Shown piece after piece: positions 52,106 to 61,837 of a stretch of DNA of 64,000 nucleotides. A program made the translations under genes and the position numbers. Every line of letters begins with the position of its first letter. Position 1 is the first letter of the stretch. Under the pieces are notes generated by a model. That model was not told the origin of the DNA. It did not search any database and saw only the letters and a list, made by a program, of their open reading frames with translations. The stretch comes from an uncultured Chloroflexia bacterium (GTDB lineage: Bacteria; Chloroflexota; Limnocylindria; Limnocylindrales; CSP1-4). Location of the stretch: contig CAVSAP010000006.1 of NCBI GenBank assembly GCA_963726055.1, positions 1,184,884 through 1,248,883 on the forward strand. The letters run 5' to 3'.

Positions 52106-52248
52106 ATCGGCGACCTCACGAGACACGGGACGCGCACGCGCCAAGCTGGAATTGAAGAAACGGAGCGCCGGTCTCCTCATTCGTTGCGAGTCGAATCCTC
52201 GGGCCGAAGGCTCGCGGCGTGTCGGACTTCTGTGGATCTGGAGATAGC

Positions 52249-52809
52249 GTGGTTCAGCGAGACCTCGTGGAGCGCGCGGCGCGCGGCGAGCAAGAGGCGT
52301 TCGAGGCGCTGGCGAAGATCGTCAGCGGGCGGCTGTTTGCGATCGCCTACCGGATCCTCCGCGATCAATACCTGGCCGAGGATGCTCTCCAGCAGACGCT
52401 GATCACGATCTGGAACGAGTTGCCGCGGCTGCGCGATCCGGATCGATTCGATGCCTGGAGCTACCGCCTCATCGTCCGGTCGAGCACGGCCGAGGCGCGC
52501 CGTGAACGTCGCGGCGGGGCGCCGATCCAGCTCCTTCCCGACGACGCGGACGCGTCCCCCGCGCCCGATCAATACCGGGCCGTCGCAGACCGCGACCAGC
52601 TCGAGCGCGGCTTCCGGCGCCTGACGCCCGAGCAGCGCGCAATCCTCGTCCTCCAGCACTACGGCGGCCAGTCCCTCTCGGAGATCGCCGACATTCTGGG
52701 CATCCCGGTCGGTACGGCGGGCTCCCGACTCCACTATGCGACCCGGGCCCTCCGGGCTGCCCTCGAAGCCGACGGCCGATCGGTCGCGGGGGAAGGACGG
52801 TTGGCATGA
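52249..52809 (+). CDS. ECF sigma-70 factor
   Basis: AEDALQ, LRDPDRFDAW, L.PEQRA..VL, EIADILGIPVGT..SRL. Confidence 0.92.
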   Translation: MVQRDLVERAARGEQEAFEALAKIVSGRLFAIAYRILRDQYLAEDALQQTLITIWNELPRLRDPDRFDAWSYRLIVRSSTAEARRERRGGAPIQLLPDDADASPAPDQYRAVADRDQLERGFRRLTPEQRAILVLQHYGGQSLSEIADILGIPVGTAGSRLHYATRALRAALEADGRSVAGEGRLA

Positions 52810-53477
52810 ACTCGATCAACGAATTCGACCGCGCTCTCGGCCAGTGGCTCGACGAGGGACCGAACCGGTCACCGGACCGACCGATCGAGCTCGCCGTCGA
52901 GCACGCCCGCTCTCACCCACGCCGGCGCGATCCCCTGGGCTTCCTGCGGCCCGACCCGATGGGGCGCCGGGCTCCGGGTCTGCCACTTCGGCCGGTGATG
53001 ATCCTGGCCGCCCTCGGGCTCCTGCTCGGGGCGATGTTTGCCCTGGGCGTTGGCGGCCGACCGCAGCCCGCGATCGTGGGCCCGACACCGTCGGAAAGCG
53101 CCGCACCATCCGTGCGGACCTTCGACGTGGAATTGACCGTGCCCGCAGGCCAGCCGCAGACCGTCGCGGTCATCGACGGCTCAGGGCTTGTCGTCGAAGC
53201 GCTGACTGGCACTCCGACCGGCGAGGCCGGCCAGAGCTTCCCGGACGACGCCGTGGACGTGTCGAATCTGGATGGGACGACGCTCCAGCTCGGCTGGGCG
53301 GGGTTCCCGTGCCAGACGGATCACACCCTCACGATCGAGGCGGACGGGCGGACCATGACCCTCAAGCGGCCCGCCTGCACCGGCGACACGGACGCGATCG
53401 GCGTCGACCGGATCCTCATCCTGAGATTCTCGGAGCCAGTCACGGCCGGAGACGTGACCGTCGCGCTCGTGCCCTGA
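52806..53477 (+). CDS. Probable single-pass anti-sigma factor
   Basis: ATGA-coupled to the sigma; short cytoplasmic N-terminus, one TM, extracellular domain with two Cys. Confidence 0.7.
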   Translation: MNSINEFDRALGQWLDEGPNRSPDRPIELAVEHARSHPRRRDPLGFLRPDPMGRRAPGLPLRPVMILAALGLLLGAMFALGVGGRPQPAIVGPTPSESAAPSVRTFDVELTVPAGQPQTVAVIDGSGLVVEALTGTPTGEAGQSFPDDAVDVSNLDGTTLQLGWAGFPCQTDHTLTIEADGRTMTLKRPACTGDTDAIGVDRILILRFSEPVTAGDVTVALVP

Positions 53478-53494
53478 AGACCGCCGGGACGAGA

Positions 53495-54310
53495 TCAGGC
53501 CGGCGGCGGGGCGTCGACTGGCGGGGCAGCGTCTCTCGGCGGCGGCGCATCGATGATCCGCGGCTTCTCTGTCGCGGCCTCGGGCGGCGCGTCGGACCCG
53601 AGCCAATGGCTGTCGTCGGGATTGGCCGGGTCGTATCGGATGCTGGCCACATCGCCAGGGGTCCAGCGATGCGCTTCCTCGTATTCGAGGTAGCCGCTGT
53701 CACCCGTGTGTGTCGAACCCTGCCCGTCGACGAACGAGTAGCGAACACGGAACTGCGGCCGCCGGTTGACGAAAACGTTGGTGGGTTCGACCGAGGTTAC
53801 GGTTGCGTCGGAGGGCACGCCGACGCGCAGGAGGCGGCGCGTCTTGCGGATGCCACGCACGGCACGGAAGACGAGGGCACCGCCAATGCCGGTCAGGATC
53901 ACCCCGGCGACCAGGAAGATGACCGCGCCGAAGAGGTCTGAGCCGAGCGTGAGGCGGTTCGTCGCCGGCTGGCCCTGCAGATAGCGGACAACGACGGGCC
54001 CACGCTCGGTCAGCGCCTCCCACGTCTCCACGCTGACCGCGTCGCTGCCTTCGACGACCTGCCCGTCGACGGACGTGAAGCGATAGGAGACGCGATATTC
54101 GGTGCTCGAGTCCGAATCGGCCGGGATGAACCGCTTCTCCAGCACGATCCCGGTTGCGACCGCGCCGTTCGACGCGAATTCCTGCTCACGAAGCGCGAAC
54201 ACGACACCGAACACGAGCATCGCGACGCCGGCCAGGAGCCAGATGGCGCCGAAAAACAGCCAGAACGATCGCCTGGCGAGGCCGAAGAACGATGGCGACG
54301 ACGCGGTCAT
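53495..54310 (-). CDS. Membrane protein with two DUF3592-like modules
   Basis: Twice TM-(G/A.V)-Y/F..Y.F...G...(V/I)RY..P. Confidence 0.75.
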   Translation of the reverse strand: MTASSPSFFGLARRSFWLFFGAIWLLAGVAMLVFGVVFALREQEFASNGAVATGIVLEKRFIPADSDSSTEYRVSYRFTSVDGQVVEGSDAVSVETWEALTERGPVVVRYLQGQPATNRLTLGSDLFGAVIFLVAGVILTGIGGALVFRAVRGIRKTRRLLRVGVPSDATVTSVEPTNVFVNRRPQFRVRYSFVDGQGSTHTGDSGYLEYEEAHRWTPGDVASIRYDPANPDDSHWLGSDAPPEAATEKPRIIDAPPPRDAAPPVDAPPPA

Positions 54311-54361
54311 GGCCCCTCTCCCTCCATGTCGATCGTAGCGGTTACATCGCGCCAGAAAGGT

Positions 54362-54437
54362 TGGCGCCCCCGGCAGGATTCGAACCTGCGACCTTCCGCT
54401 TAGAAGGCGGTTGCTCTGTCCACTGAGCTACGGGGAC
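54362..54437 (-). tRNA. tRNA-Arg(UCU)
   Basis: GTCCCCGTAGCTCAGTGGACAGAGCAACCGCCT-TCT-AAGCGGAAGGTCGCAGGTTCGAATCCTGCCGGGGGCGCCA; 76-nt cloverleaf with encoded CCA. Confidence 0.96.
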
Positions 54438-54563
54438 GCGGTACGGGTCAGTTCTCGCACAAACTACGCCGTTGACGCCGTGCTGGCTGGTCGCCAATCT
54501 TGCCATGCCGCTCCACACAGCCCATCGAAGCGGCAGTCGATTCCGTCCCGATAGGAGCACAGC

Positions 54564-54935
54564 ATGGAACTCGGCACGTTCTCGATCAGCCTGGCTGTCA
54601 AGGATCTCGAGGCTTCGCGGAAGTTCTACGAGAAGTTCGGGTTCAAGGCCTTCTTCGGGGAAGCTTCGCAGAACTGGCTGATCCTCAAGAACGGCGATCA
54701 CGTGATCGGACTCTTCCAGGGAATGTTCGAGAGGAACATTCTCACCTTCAACCCCGGCTGGGACAACAACGCGCAGAAGCTCGATTCCTTCACCGACGTG
54801 CGTGATCTCCAGCGCCAGCTGAAGGCAGAAGGGGTGGAGTTCCAGCAGGAGGCTGACGAGAGCTCGACGGGGCCGGCCAGCTTCATCGCGGTGGACCCCG
54901 ACGGAAACCCGATTCTCGTCGATCAACACGTGTGA
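54564..54935 (+). CDS. VOC/glyoxalase family protein
   Basis: SLAVKDL..S..FYEK.GF, GLFQGMF, DPDGN; AGGAG RBS. Confidence 0.9.
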   Translation: MELGTFSISLAVKDLEASRKFYEKFGFKAFFGEASQNWLILKNGDHVIGLFQGMFERNILTFNPGWDNNAQKLDSFTDVRDLQRQLKAEGVEFQQEADESSTGPASFIAVDPDGNPILVDQHV

Positions 54936-55261
54936 ACAGGGTGCGGCCCGCCGCACCACCACAGAGGCGGCGCGGCGGGCGACGCATGAGCCCTGGTGGC
55001 CTCTTCGCCGGAACCGGTCCGGAACGGTGGGGACGGGCCCTCGCGAGCGTCGGAACGTCACGAAGGTGCCAGTGAAAGACGCCTCAGTGACCCTCGACGC
55101 TGCACGTGGTTCCGCACACAGCCTCGGGCTCGCGACTTAGCCTACTGCGACGTCGGGGCGCGGTCTACGGGCCACTTTTCGGTCGATTTGCACGTGCTAT
55201 GCTCCCCGACCGTTCGACGTTCGAGGACCTGCGCAACGATGACCCGGAACGCCCCCGCCCG

Positions 55262-56650
55262 ATGACCTCGCCCAGGACACGGATCGCGCAGCTCGACCTC
55301 GATCTCGCCCCGCAGCTGCCAGCCCTCTCGATCGCGCCCGAGTGGAAAGACCAGCAGCGGCTGTGGGGCCACTCGTTCCACCCGATGTGCTCATACCTCG
55401 CGAGCTTTCCGGCGGCCCTCACCCACGCGTTCATCGACCGCTACTCGCGGCGAGGCGACGTCGTCCTCGATCCGTTCTCCGGACGCGGGACAACGGCTCT
55501 TCAGGCCGGTGCCGAGGGCCGGATCGGCGTCGGCAACGACCTCAACCCGTTCGCCCATCTCCTGACCGCCGCGAAGGTCCAGCCGGCGACACCAGCCGAG
55601 GCCCGGACACGGCTCGCGGCGCTCCGTCTCGCCTGGGCCGCCGACTCCGCTGCGTGGCTGGCCCTCGCCGACGAGGTCGCGAACGGTCCAGACGACGCCG
55701 CGAGCCAAGTCCCCGCGGCTGGATCGGGCGCGGCTCCTTCGGCCGGCACCGAGCCCGTTCCCAGCGAGGTGGTCGTGGCGTTTCACCGCCGGACATTCGC
55801 CCAGCTGCTCCTCGTCCGGACGACGCTCGACCTCGGCCGCCCGACCGACCGGTTTCTGGCCGCCGCCCTGACCGGAATCCTCCATGGCAAGAGCGCCTCG
55901 TACCTGTCGGAGATCATGCCGAATACGTTCAGCATGGCCCCGCGCTACGTCCGTGACTTCGCCGCGCGGACGGCGTTCGCCTCGCCCGACCGTGACATCT
56001 TCGACTGCCTCGAGCGGAAGCTCTCACGTCTCTACCGGCAGGCGGCGCCACAGACGCCCGGTCTCGCCCTGCTCGGCGACGCCCGCGACGTCGGGCCGCG
56101 GGCGAGGGCTGCGCTGCGCGACCGGGGGCTTCCCGATCGGGCCCGACTCGTCGTGACGTCACCCCCGTATCTCCGCGTGGTCAAGTACGGCTACTACAAC
56201 TGGCTCCGGACGTGGCTGCTCGGCTTCGACGCCCGGGCAATCGACGCGACGCTTGATGACGCCCATCATCGCGAGCCGTACCTGGTCTTCCTCCGCGACG
56301 TCCTGTCGGGTCTCCGGACGATCCTGACCGACGATGCCGTGGTCGTCCTCGTCATCGGCGACGTCGAGTTCGACCGGGGCCGGCCGATCGCGGGTGCCGT
56401 CGGCCTCGCCGAGCGGGTCTGGGAGGCGGCCGCGGCTCCGGAGGGGTATCGGCTGGCCGGCGTTGCCCTGGACGATGTCGCCGCCAACCGGAAGATGACG
56501 AAGCTCTGGGGCGCCGAGGCCGGACGGGCGACGAAGACCGACCGGATCCTGGTCCTCGGCGCGACGGAGGCCGGCCGCCGGCGCGCGCTCGCCGGCGCCG
56601 CGACGCCTGTCGACTGGGATTGGCCGCAGCGAGGCCTTCGACCGCTCTGA
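55262..56650 (+). CDS. Orphan amino-DNA methyltransferase (probably m4C)
   Basis: VLDPFSGRGTT motif I before VTSPPY motif IV; start uncertain. Confidence 0.85.
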   Translation: MTSPRTRIAQLDLDLAPQLPALSIAPEWKDQQRLWGHSFHPMCSYLASFPAALTHAFIDRYSRRGDVVLDPFSGRGTTALQAGAEGRIGVGNDLNPFAHLLTAAKVQPATPAEARTRLAALRLAWAADSAAWLALADEVANGPDDAASQVPAAGSGAAPSAGTEPVPSEVVVAFHRRTFAQLLLVRTTLDLGRPTDRFLAAALTGILHGKSASYLSEIMPNTFSMAPRYVRDFAARTAFASPDRDIFDCLERKLSRLYRQAAPQTPGLALLGDARDVGPRARAALRDRGLPDRARLVVTSPPYLRVVKYGYYNWLRTWLLGFDARAIDATLDDAHHREPYLVFLRDVLSGLRTILTDDAVVVLVIGDVEFDRGRPIAGAVGLAERVWEAAAAPEGYRLAGVALDDVAANRKMTKLWGAEAGRATKTDRILVLGATEAGRRRALAGAATPVDWDWPQRGLRPL

Positions 56651-56690
56651 CCCGGGCCAGCCGGACGATCGACCGGTACGATGGCTGCCC

Positions 56691-58832
56691 GTGAGCACAC
56701 ATCGCCCGACCCTCCCTCGGCCCCGTCGCTTCCTCGCCACGACCCTCATCGCGGCATTCGTCTCGATTGCCGCCGGCGGGTCGGTCCTGGCGGCCGACAT
56801 CCCGCGTCTTACGGGCCCCGTGACGGACGAGGCCGGCGTCATCGGCGATGAGGCCGCGGTCGAGGCGGCGATCGACTCCCTTCTCGCCGACCACAACGTC
56901 CAGCTCTTCGTGCTCTTCGTGACGACGACGGACGACCTGTCCGCGCCCGATTTCGCGACCGAAACTGCGACGAGCAACTCGCTCGGCGCGAACGACGCAC
57001 TCCTCCTCGTTGCCACGGACGATCGAACCGACGCGATCTGGGTTGCCGACGGGCTCGACGAGATCTCGGACGACGAGATCGACACGATCATCGCCGACGT
57101 CCTGGAGCCGCGGCTGCGCGATGGCGACTTCGACGGGGCGGCCATCGACACGGCGGAGGCGCTCGGCACGGCGGCCGAGACGGCCAGCCCGACGGAGCCT
57201 CCATCCACCGAGACCGGCGCGCCGGTGACGCCACCCGCTCCCGGAACTGGCGGAACGTCCGACGGCGGCGGCTTCGGCATTCTCGGGGCGCTCCTGCTCG
57301 TCGGCGGCGTCGGCATTCTCCTCCTCGTCGGCGGTCGGTGGCTCACCGGTTTCCTCGCGGCTCGCCGCGAGGCGGAGGAACGTGACCGCCGCACAGGGCG
57401 GTTGGCGCGCGAGGCGAACGCGCTGCTCGTCCAGACGGACGAGCGCATCCGGACCGCCGGCCAGGAGGTCGGCTATGTCGAGGCCTCGTACGGGCTGGAG
57501 GAGACCGCACCACTGCGGAAGGCCGTTGGCGAGGCGCAGGTCGAGCTTCGAGCCGCCTTCGAAATCCGCCAGCGCCTCGACGACTCCGAACCCGAGGATC
57601 CGCCGACCCGCGAGGCCATGCTTACCGAGATCGTCGAGCACGCCCGCAGGGCGCAGGCCGCCCTCGACAGTGAAGCGGCCCGGATCGCGGAGCTTCGTGA
57701 CCTCGAACGCGACGCGCCGGGCGTCCTCGACGAGCTCACGCCGCGCATCGAGGCCGTCGAGGCGCGTCTCCCGGCCGCCGAATCCGCGATGGCCGAGCTC
57801 GCGACCTCCGCCCCGGCTGCCGCAGCGCCGGTCCGGGGCAACGTGACGGAAGCGCGGAAGGGGATCGAGGGGGCGCGCGCCGCGGTCGACGCCGCCCGCC
57901 AGGCGCTGGCCCGGAATGACCGGCGCGCCGCGGCGAAGGGAGCCCGGACGGCGATCGTCGGGGTCGACGGGGCAGTGGCGCTCGTTGATGCCGTCGAGAA
58001 GCAGGCCGCGGCCGTCCGCGAGGCTGCGACGCGACTCCCGGAGGAACTGGCGGCCGCCGAGGCCGGCCTCGCCGAGGCGCGGGCTGCGATGGAGAGCTCA
58101 GCCGGAGGCCTCACGGGGCCCGGCGCGGCGGTCCCGCGGCCCGGTGATCAGGCTCAGCTCGATGCCGCCGAGGACGCTGTTCGCTCGGCCCGCGCGGCGG
58201 CGGGTGCCGGCGATCCGCTCGCGGCGCTGCGAGCCGCGACCGAGGCCCATCGGTCGGCCGACGTCGCGGTCGCCGAGATCCGCCAGGCCGTCCTCGAGCA
58301 GAGCCGGCTGCTCGCCACCGCTGACGCCTCCCTGGCGACCGCCCAGGCCGACATCGATCGCGCGGCGGACTTCATCGCCACCCGCCGGACGGGCGTCGGT
58401 CGGGCCGCGCGGACCCGCCTGGCCGAGGCCGAGCGCCACTTCGAGGCGGCCTCCGTCCTTCGCGAGACGGACCCGCAAGGTGCGATTGCCAATGCACGTC
58501 GCGCGGAGCAGCTGGCCGAGCAGGCCTATGACCTCGCCGATCGCGACTTCACCAACTGGGACGGCGGAGGCCCCGGCGGAACCGGCGCGCCGGGCCGAAC
58601 GACGGGCTCGGACGTGATCGGCGGAGTCCTTGGTGGGATCCTCGGTGGGATCCTGTCGGGTGGTGGGCGGGGCGGCGGCTGGGGCGGATCGCCCTGGGGG
58701 TCGCAGGGTCCATTCGGCGGCGGGGGCGGCTGGGGCGGCGGGGGCGGCGGAGGCGGTTCCGGACCGTTCGGCGGCGGCGGCGGATTCGGCGGTGGCGGCG
58801 GCGGTGGCCGCTCGCGCGGTGGAAGATGGTGA
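56691..58832 (+). CDS. TPM-domain membrane protein with long coiled coil and Gly-rich tail
   Basis: Signal peptide, VTDEAGV..QLFVLFV..LLLVAT..R TPM, TM helix, Ala-rich coiled coil, GG(W/F)GG tail. Confidence 0.85.
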   Translation: MSTHRPTLPRPRRFLATTLIAAFVSIAAGGSVLAADIPRLTGPVTDEAGVIGDEAAVEAAIDSLLADHNVQLFVLFVTTTDDLSAPDFATETATSNSLGANDALLLVATDDRTDAIWVADGLDEISDDEIDTIIADVLEPRLRDGDFDGAAIDTAEALGTAAETASPTEPPSTETGAPVTPPAPGTGGTSDGGGFGILGALLLVGGVGILLLVGGRWLTGFLAARREAEERDRRTGRLAREANALLVQTDERIRTAGQEVGYVEASYGLEETAPLRKAVGEAQVELRAAFEIRQRLDDSEPEDPPTREAMLTEIVEHARRAQAALDSEAARIAELRDLERDAPGVLDELTPRIEAVEARLPAAESAMAELATSAPAAAAPVRGNVTEARKGIEGARAAVDAARQALARNDRRAAAKGARTAIVGVDGAVALVDAVEKQAAAVREAATRLPEELAAAEAGLAEARAAMESSAGGLTGPGAAVPRPGDQAQLDAAEDAVRSARAAAGAGDPLAALRAATEAHRSADVAVAEIRQAVLEQSRLLATADASLATAQADIDRAADFIATRRTGVGRAARTRLAEAERHFEAASVLRETDPQGAIANARRAEQLAEQAYDLADRDFTNWDGGGPGGTGAPGRTTGSDVIGGVLGGILGGILSGGGRGGGWGGSPWGSQGPFGGGGGWGGGGGGGGSGPFGGGGGFGGGGGGGRSRGGRW

Positions 58833-58918
58833 CCGCCGGACCTTTCCCGGACGCTGCTTGTTCCCTACCCTTCGTCAGAGACATCTGATTTACAGAGACA
58901 GAGAGAGGAGACCCATCG

Positions 58919-59632
58919 ATGGTGCAGAGTTCGATCCTCGGCCGAATTGGACAGCTCGTCCGGGCGAACATCAACGCGATCCTCGACGACGCAGAGGATC
59001 CGGAGAAGATGCTGGACCAGCTGGTCCGCGACTTCACCGACAACATTTCGGAGGCAGAGGAGGCGGTCGCCCAGACGATCGGCAATCTCCGGCTCGTGGA
59101 GGACGACGCTCGGGAAGCCCGAGAGGCCGTGGACGAATGGGGCAGCAAGGCGGCTGCCGCATCACGCCGTGCCGACGAGCTCCGATCCGAGGGCAACACC
59201 GCCGAGGCAGACCGATTCGACGAGCTGGCGAAGGTCGCCCTCCGTCGCCAGATCGGCTACGAGAGCCAGGCGAAGACACTCGAGACCCAGGCCAGCCAGC
59301 AGAGCGAGCTCGCCGAGAAGCTCAAGGACGGTCTCAACAAGCTGCGCGTCCGCCGCGAGGAGCTGGTCCAGAAGCGGGACGAACTCGTCAGCCGGGCGAA
59401 GATGGCCCAGGCCCAGAAGCAGGTCCAGACCTCGCTGAGAAGCGTTTCGGTCATGGATCCGGCAAGCGAGATCTCGCGCTACGAGGAACGCGTTCGCCGC
59501 GAGGAGGCCCAGGTCCGGGGAATGGAGGAGGTCGCCGCGTCGTCCATCGAGGAGCAGTTCGCCTCGCTCGACTCGGCGGACGATGAGCTGGAGGTCGATG
59601 CGCGGCTCGCCCAGCTCAAGGGTGGCGCGTAG
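58919..59632 (+). CDS. pspA: PspA/IM30 family protein
   Basis: ILGRI..LVRANINA.LD.AEDPEKMLDQ, coiled coil, F..L...D.E....LA.LK. Confidence 0.9.
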   Translation: MVQSSILGRIGQLVRANINAILDDAEDPEKMLDQLVRDFTDNISEAEEAVAQTIGNLRLVEDDAREAREAVDEWGSKAAAASRRADELRSEGNTAEADRFDELAKVALRRQIGYESQAKTLETQASQQSELAEKLKDGLNKLRVRREELVQKRDELVSRAKMAQAQKQVQTSLRSVSVMDPASEISRYEERVRREEAQVRGMEEVAASSIEEQFASLDSADDELEVDARLAQLKGGA

Positions 59633-59677
59633 CGGCTACCCGCCTGGGCACCGGCTCGCCCCGTACAATCTCCTTCG

Positions 59678-59905
59678 ATGAAGCAGATGTACCACCCGTC
59701 GGACCTCGCGACGATGGATCCGCTTGTCCTCATGAAGAACCTCGACCACGTCCGGATGACGAGCCGGCGGCTGTCGTATGTCCTCCAGCAGCAGGTCCAT
59801 CTCTACACGCCAGAGGCAAACCAGGTCCGCGAGCAGATCGACAGGTACGTCGAGGCCGAGCGCCAGATCGAAGGCGAGATGGCGCGCCGCCGAATTCGCG
59901 CCTGA
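59678..59905 (+). CDS. Small hypothetical protein (75 aa)
   Basis: TACAAT 8 nt before ATG, good codon bias, followed by a terminator. Confidence 0.75.
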   Translation: MKQMYHPSDLATMDPLVLMKNLDHVRMTSRRLSYVLQQQVHLYTPEANQVREQIDRYVEAERQIEGEMARRRIRA

Positions 59906-59925
59906 TTCGGCCTACCGAAACGGAA

Positions 59926-59953
59926 GGACCCCCGCCCTGACCGGCGGGGGTCC
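59926..59953. terminator. Hairpin terminator between convergent genes
   Basis: GGACCCCCGCC-N6-GGCGGGGGTCC. Confidence 0.75.
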
Positions 59954-60021
59954 TCCGTTGTCCGCCAATAGTGGCGGTAAGAGATCGGAAGCTTCTGGGG
60001 CCGCCGTCGGAGACAGCGTCG

Positions 60022-60462
60022 CTACATGGCGCCAGTGGGCACGGCGACCAGCATTGGGTGGCTCTCCTGCGAGTCAGCTGAGCCAACCTCCCTGACAACT
60101 GGCTCGGGCACGGCAGCCGTGGCCATCGCCGGCTCGGCGGGAGGCTCCGCGTCAACGGATCTGGGGCGAACCGCCTCGACGCTCAATCGGCGTCTCGCCT
60201 GGTCCTCTGCGACCACGCGCTGGACGATCGTTGCCAGGGTCGGCATCTCGTAGAGCGCGAACCCGATACCGATCCGGCTCAGGTCGTCGGCGCAGTACCC
60301 GTGGTACAGGCCACGGCCTGCTACGGCGCACATCTCGTCGTAGAGCTCGGGCCAGCCAACATGCCGCCGCCGGTAGCAGAAGCGGACGAAGTCGATGGCG
60401 TCGGGTTCAGCCGCGGTGCCTTCGGCCGATGGTGCACGATCCTGTGCGGTTCCTGGATCCAT
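60022..60462 (-). CDS. Hypothetical protein
   Basis: AGGAGG RBS; core IDFVRFCYRRR.VGWPELYDEMCAVA.RGLY. Confidence 0.75.
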   Translation of the reverse strand: MDPGTAQDRAPSAEGTAAEPDAIDFVRFCYRRRHVGWPELYDEMCAVAGRGLYHGYCADDLSRIGIGFALYEMPTLATIVQRVVAEDQARRRLSVEAVRPRSVDAEPPAEPAMATAAVPEPVVREVGSADSQESHPMLVAVPTGAM

Positions 60463-60641
60463 CGATGGCGTGCCCTCCTGTTCCGTGACATGGCAATTCC
60501 ATCCCGACGACCGGCGAAATGGACCGACCCTGGGCGCTCCCTGAAAGGGAGTTTCGGTTCCGGGCTTCGCTCCGTCCCTTGGGAAGCTCGCGGCGACCGA
60601 GGTGTCATCCTAGGCCCGCCGCCCCGGCCCCGGAAGAGGGT

Positions 60642-60688
60642 TTGTCCACTATCTCGTCCACCAACTTATCCACACGAACAGGTGTTCG
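60642..60688. promoter_or_regulatory. Three DnaA-like boxes plus a LexA (SOS) box
   Basis: TTGTCCACT 60642, TCGTCCACC 60654, TTATCCACA 60666; CGAACAGGTGTTCG 60675-60688. Confidence 0.7.
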
Positions 60689-60772
60689 GTGAACGCCTGT
60701 GCGGAACGTGCCGACGCAGGTCGCTCCGGGCAGTTCGCGACCTCGGGCAGCGCCGGTCGGCGATGTCCCGCG

Positions 60773-61825
60773 TTACGCGACGAGGCGCCGGCTCACCCCG
60801 AGGCCGGGGCGATTCGAACGCTGCCAGCGGCTGTCGGGGCCAAGCTCCAGGCCCTCGAACGGGTCGTCGTCGAGGAGCAGGTTCCCATCGAGATCGACCC
60901 AGTCTGCGAGCGAGGCCACAGCAGCGGATGCGGCGATCCCGACCGATGTCTCCTCCATGCAGCCGAGGAATGTCCGGAAACCGAGCTCTCGTGCCCGGCG
61001 CAGCATCCGCATCGCCGGACCCACCCCGCCGCACTTCGCAAGCTTCACGTTGACACCGGCGACGACGCCGACGAGGCCGTCAAGCGCCTCGATCGAGACG
61101 GCACTCTCGTCTGCGACGATCGGCAGCGCCGAGCGCTCCTGGAGCCAGCGGAGCTGATCGAGGCGGTGGGCGGGAAACGGTTGTTCGATCAGTTCCACGC
61201 CGAGCCGTTGAAGATGCGGCAAGAGCGCAAGCGCATCGTCCGGCAGCCAGCCGGTGTTGGCATCGACGCGGATCGGCCCGCTGAAGACGGCCCTCACCGC
61301 CTCGAGCGTGTCGAGGTCGGCGGGCCCCCCGACCTTGATCTTCAGCGCCGGAAAGTGAGCCGCCCGCGCCGCCCGCCGGGCAACAACCTCCGGCGTGTCG
61401 ATCCCGATCGTGAAGTCGGTCGGCGGGAGCTCAGCCGAGAGTCCGAGAAAGCTGTGAAGCGGCAGTCCGTCGACCTTGGCCGCCAGGTCATGGAGGGCGA
61501 TGTCGAGGGCACACTTCGCGGCCCCGTGATGGGCAATCGCCGCGTTCATCGCGTCCCCCGCGGCCGCCAGCCCGTCCACGGACAGGTCCGGCTCGCCGAC
61601 CGACTCGACGAGGAGCGGCAGGACGGCGGCCATCGTTTCGGGCGTCTCGCCGTAGTAGCGGTCGGGGTAGCCCTCCCCGATGCCGACGAGGGCCGGGTGC
61701 CGGTCGTCGCGCACCTCGACGACGACTGTCGTCACCATCCTGCCCGAGCCAGGTTCGGCGCGGGCGATGACGAACGGCTCGCGCAACGAGAGGCGGAGAA
61801 CCTCCTGGTCGAGGTGGAGCGCCAC
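60773..61825 (-). CDS. dgcA: Enolase-superfamily dipeptide epimerase / N-acetyl-D-Glu racemase-like
   Basis: LKIKVG, RVDANTGW, IEQP, ADES, NVKLAKCGG, GCM.E, DLDG. Confidence 0.8.
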   Translation of the reverse strand: MALHLDQEVLRLSLREPFVIARAEPGSGRMVTTVVVEVRDDRHPALVGIGEGYPDRYYGETPETMAAVLPLLVESVGEPDLSVDGLAAAGDAMNAAIAHHGAAKCALDIALHDLAAKVDGLPLHSFLGLSAELPPTDFTIGIDTPEVVARRAARAAHFPALKIKVGGPADLDTLEAVRAVFSGPIRVDANTGWLPDDALALLPHLQRLGVELIEQPFPAHRLDQLRWLQERSALPIVADESAVSIEALDGLVGVVAGVNVKLAKCGGVGPAMRMLRRARELGFRTFLGCMEETSVGIAASAAVASLADWVDLDGNLLLDDDPFEGLELGPDSRWQRSNRPGLGVSRRLVA

Positions 61826-61837
61826 GTCAGCCTCGCG

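Noticed and set aside
51252-54437. Genomic island integrated at tRNA-Arg
   Set aside because: No integrase, no duplicated tRNA 3' end seen, no obvious composition shift.
60620-60770. Replication origin (oriC)
   Set aside because: One perfect DnaA box only, no AT-rich unwinding element, no dnaA/dnaN nearby.
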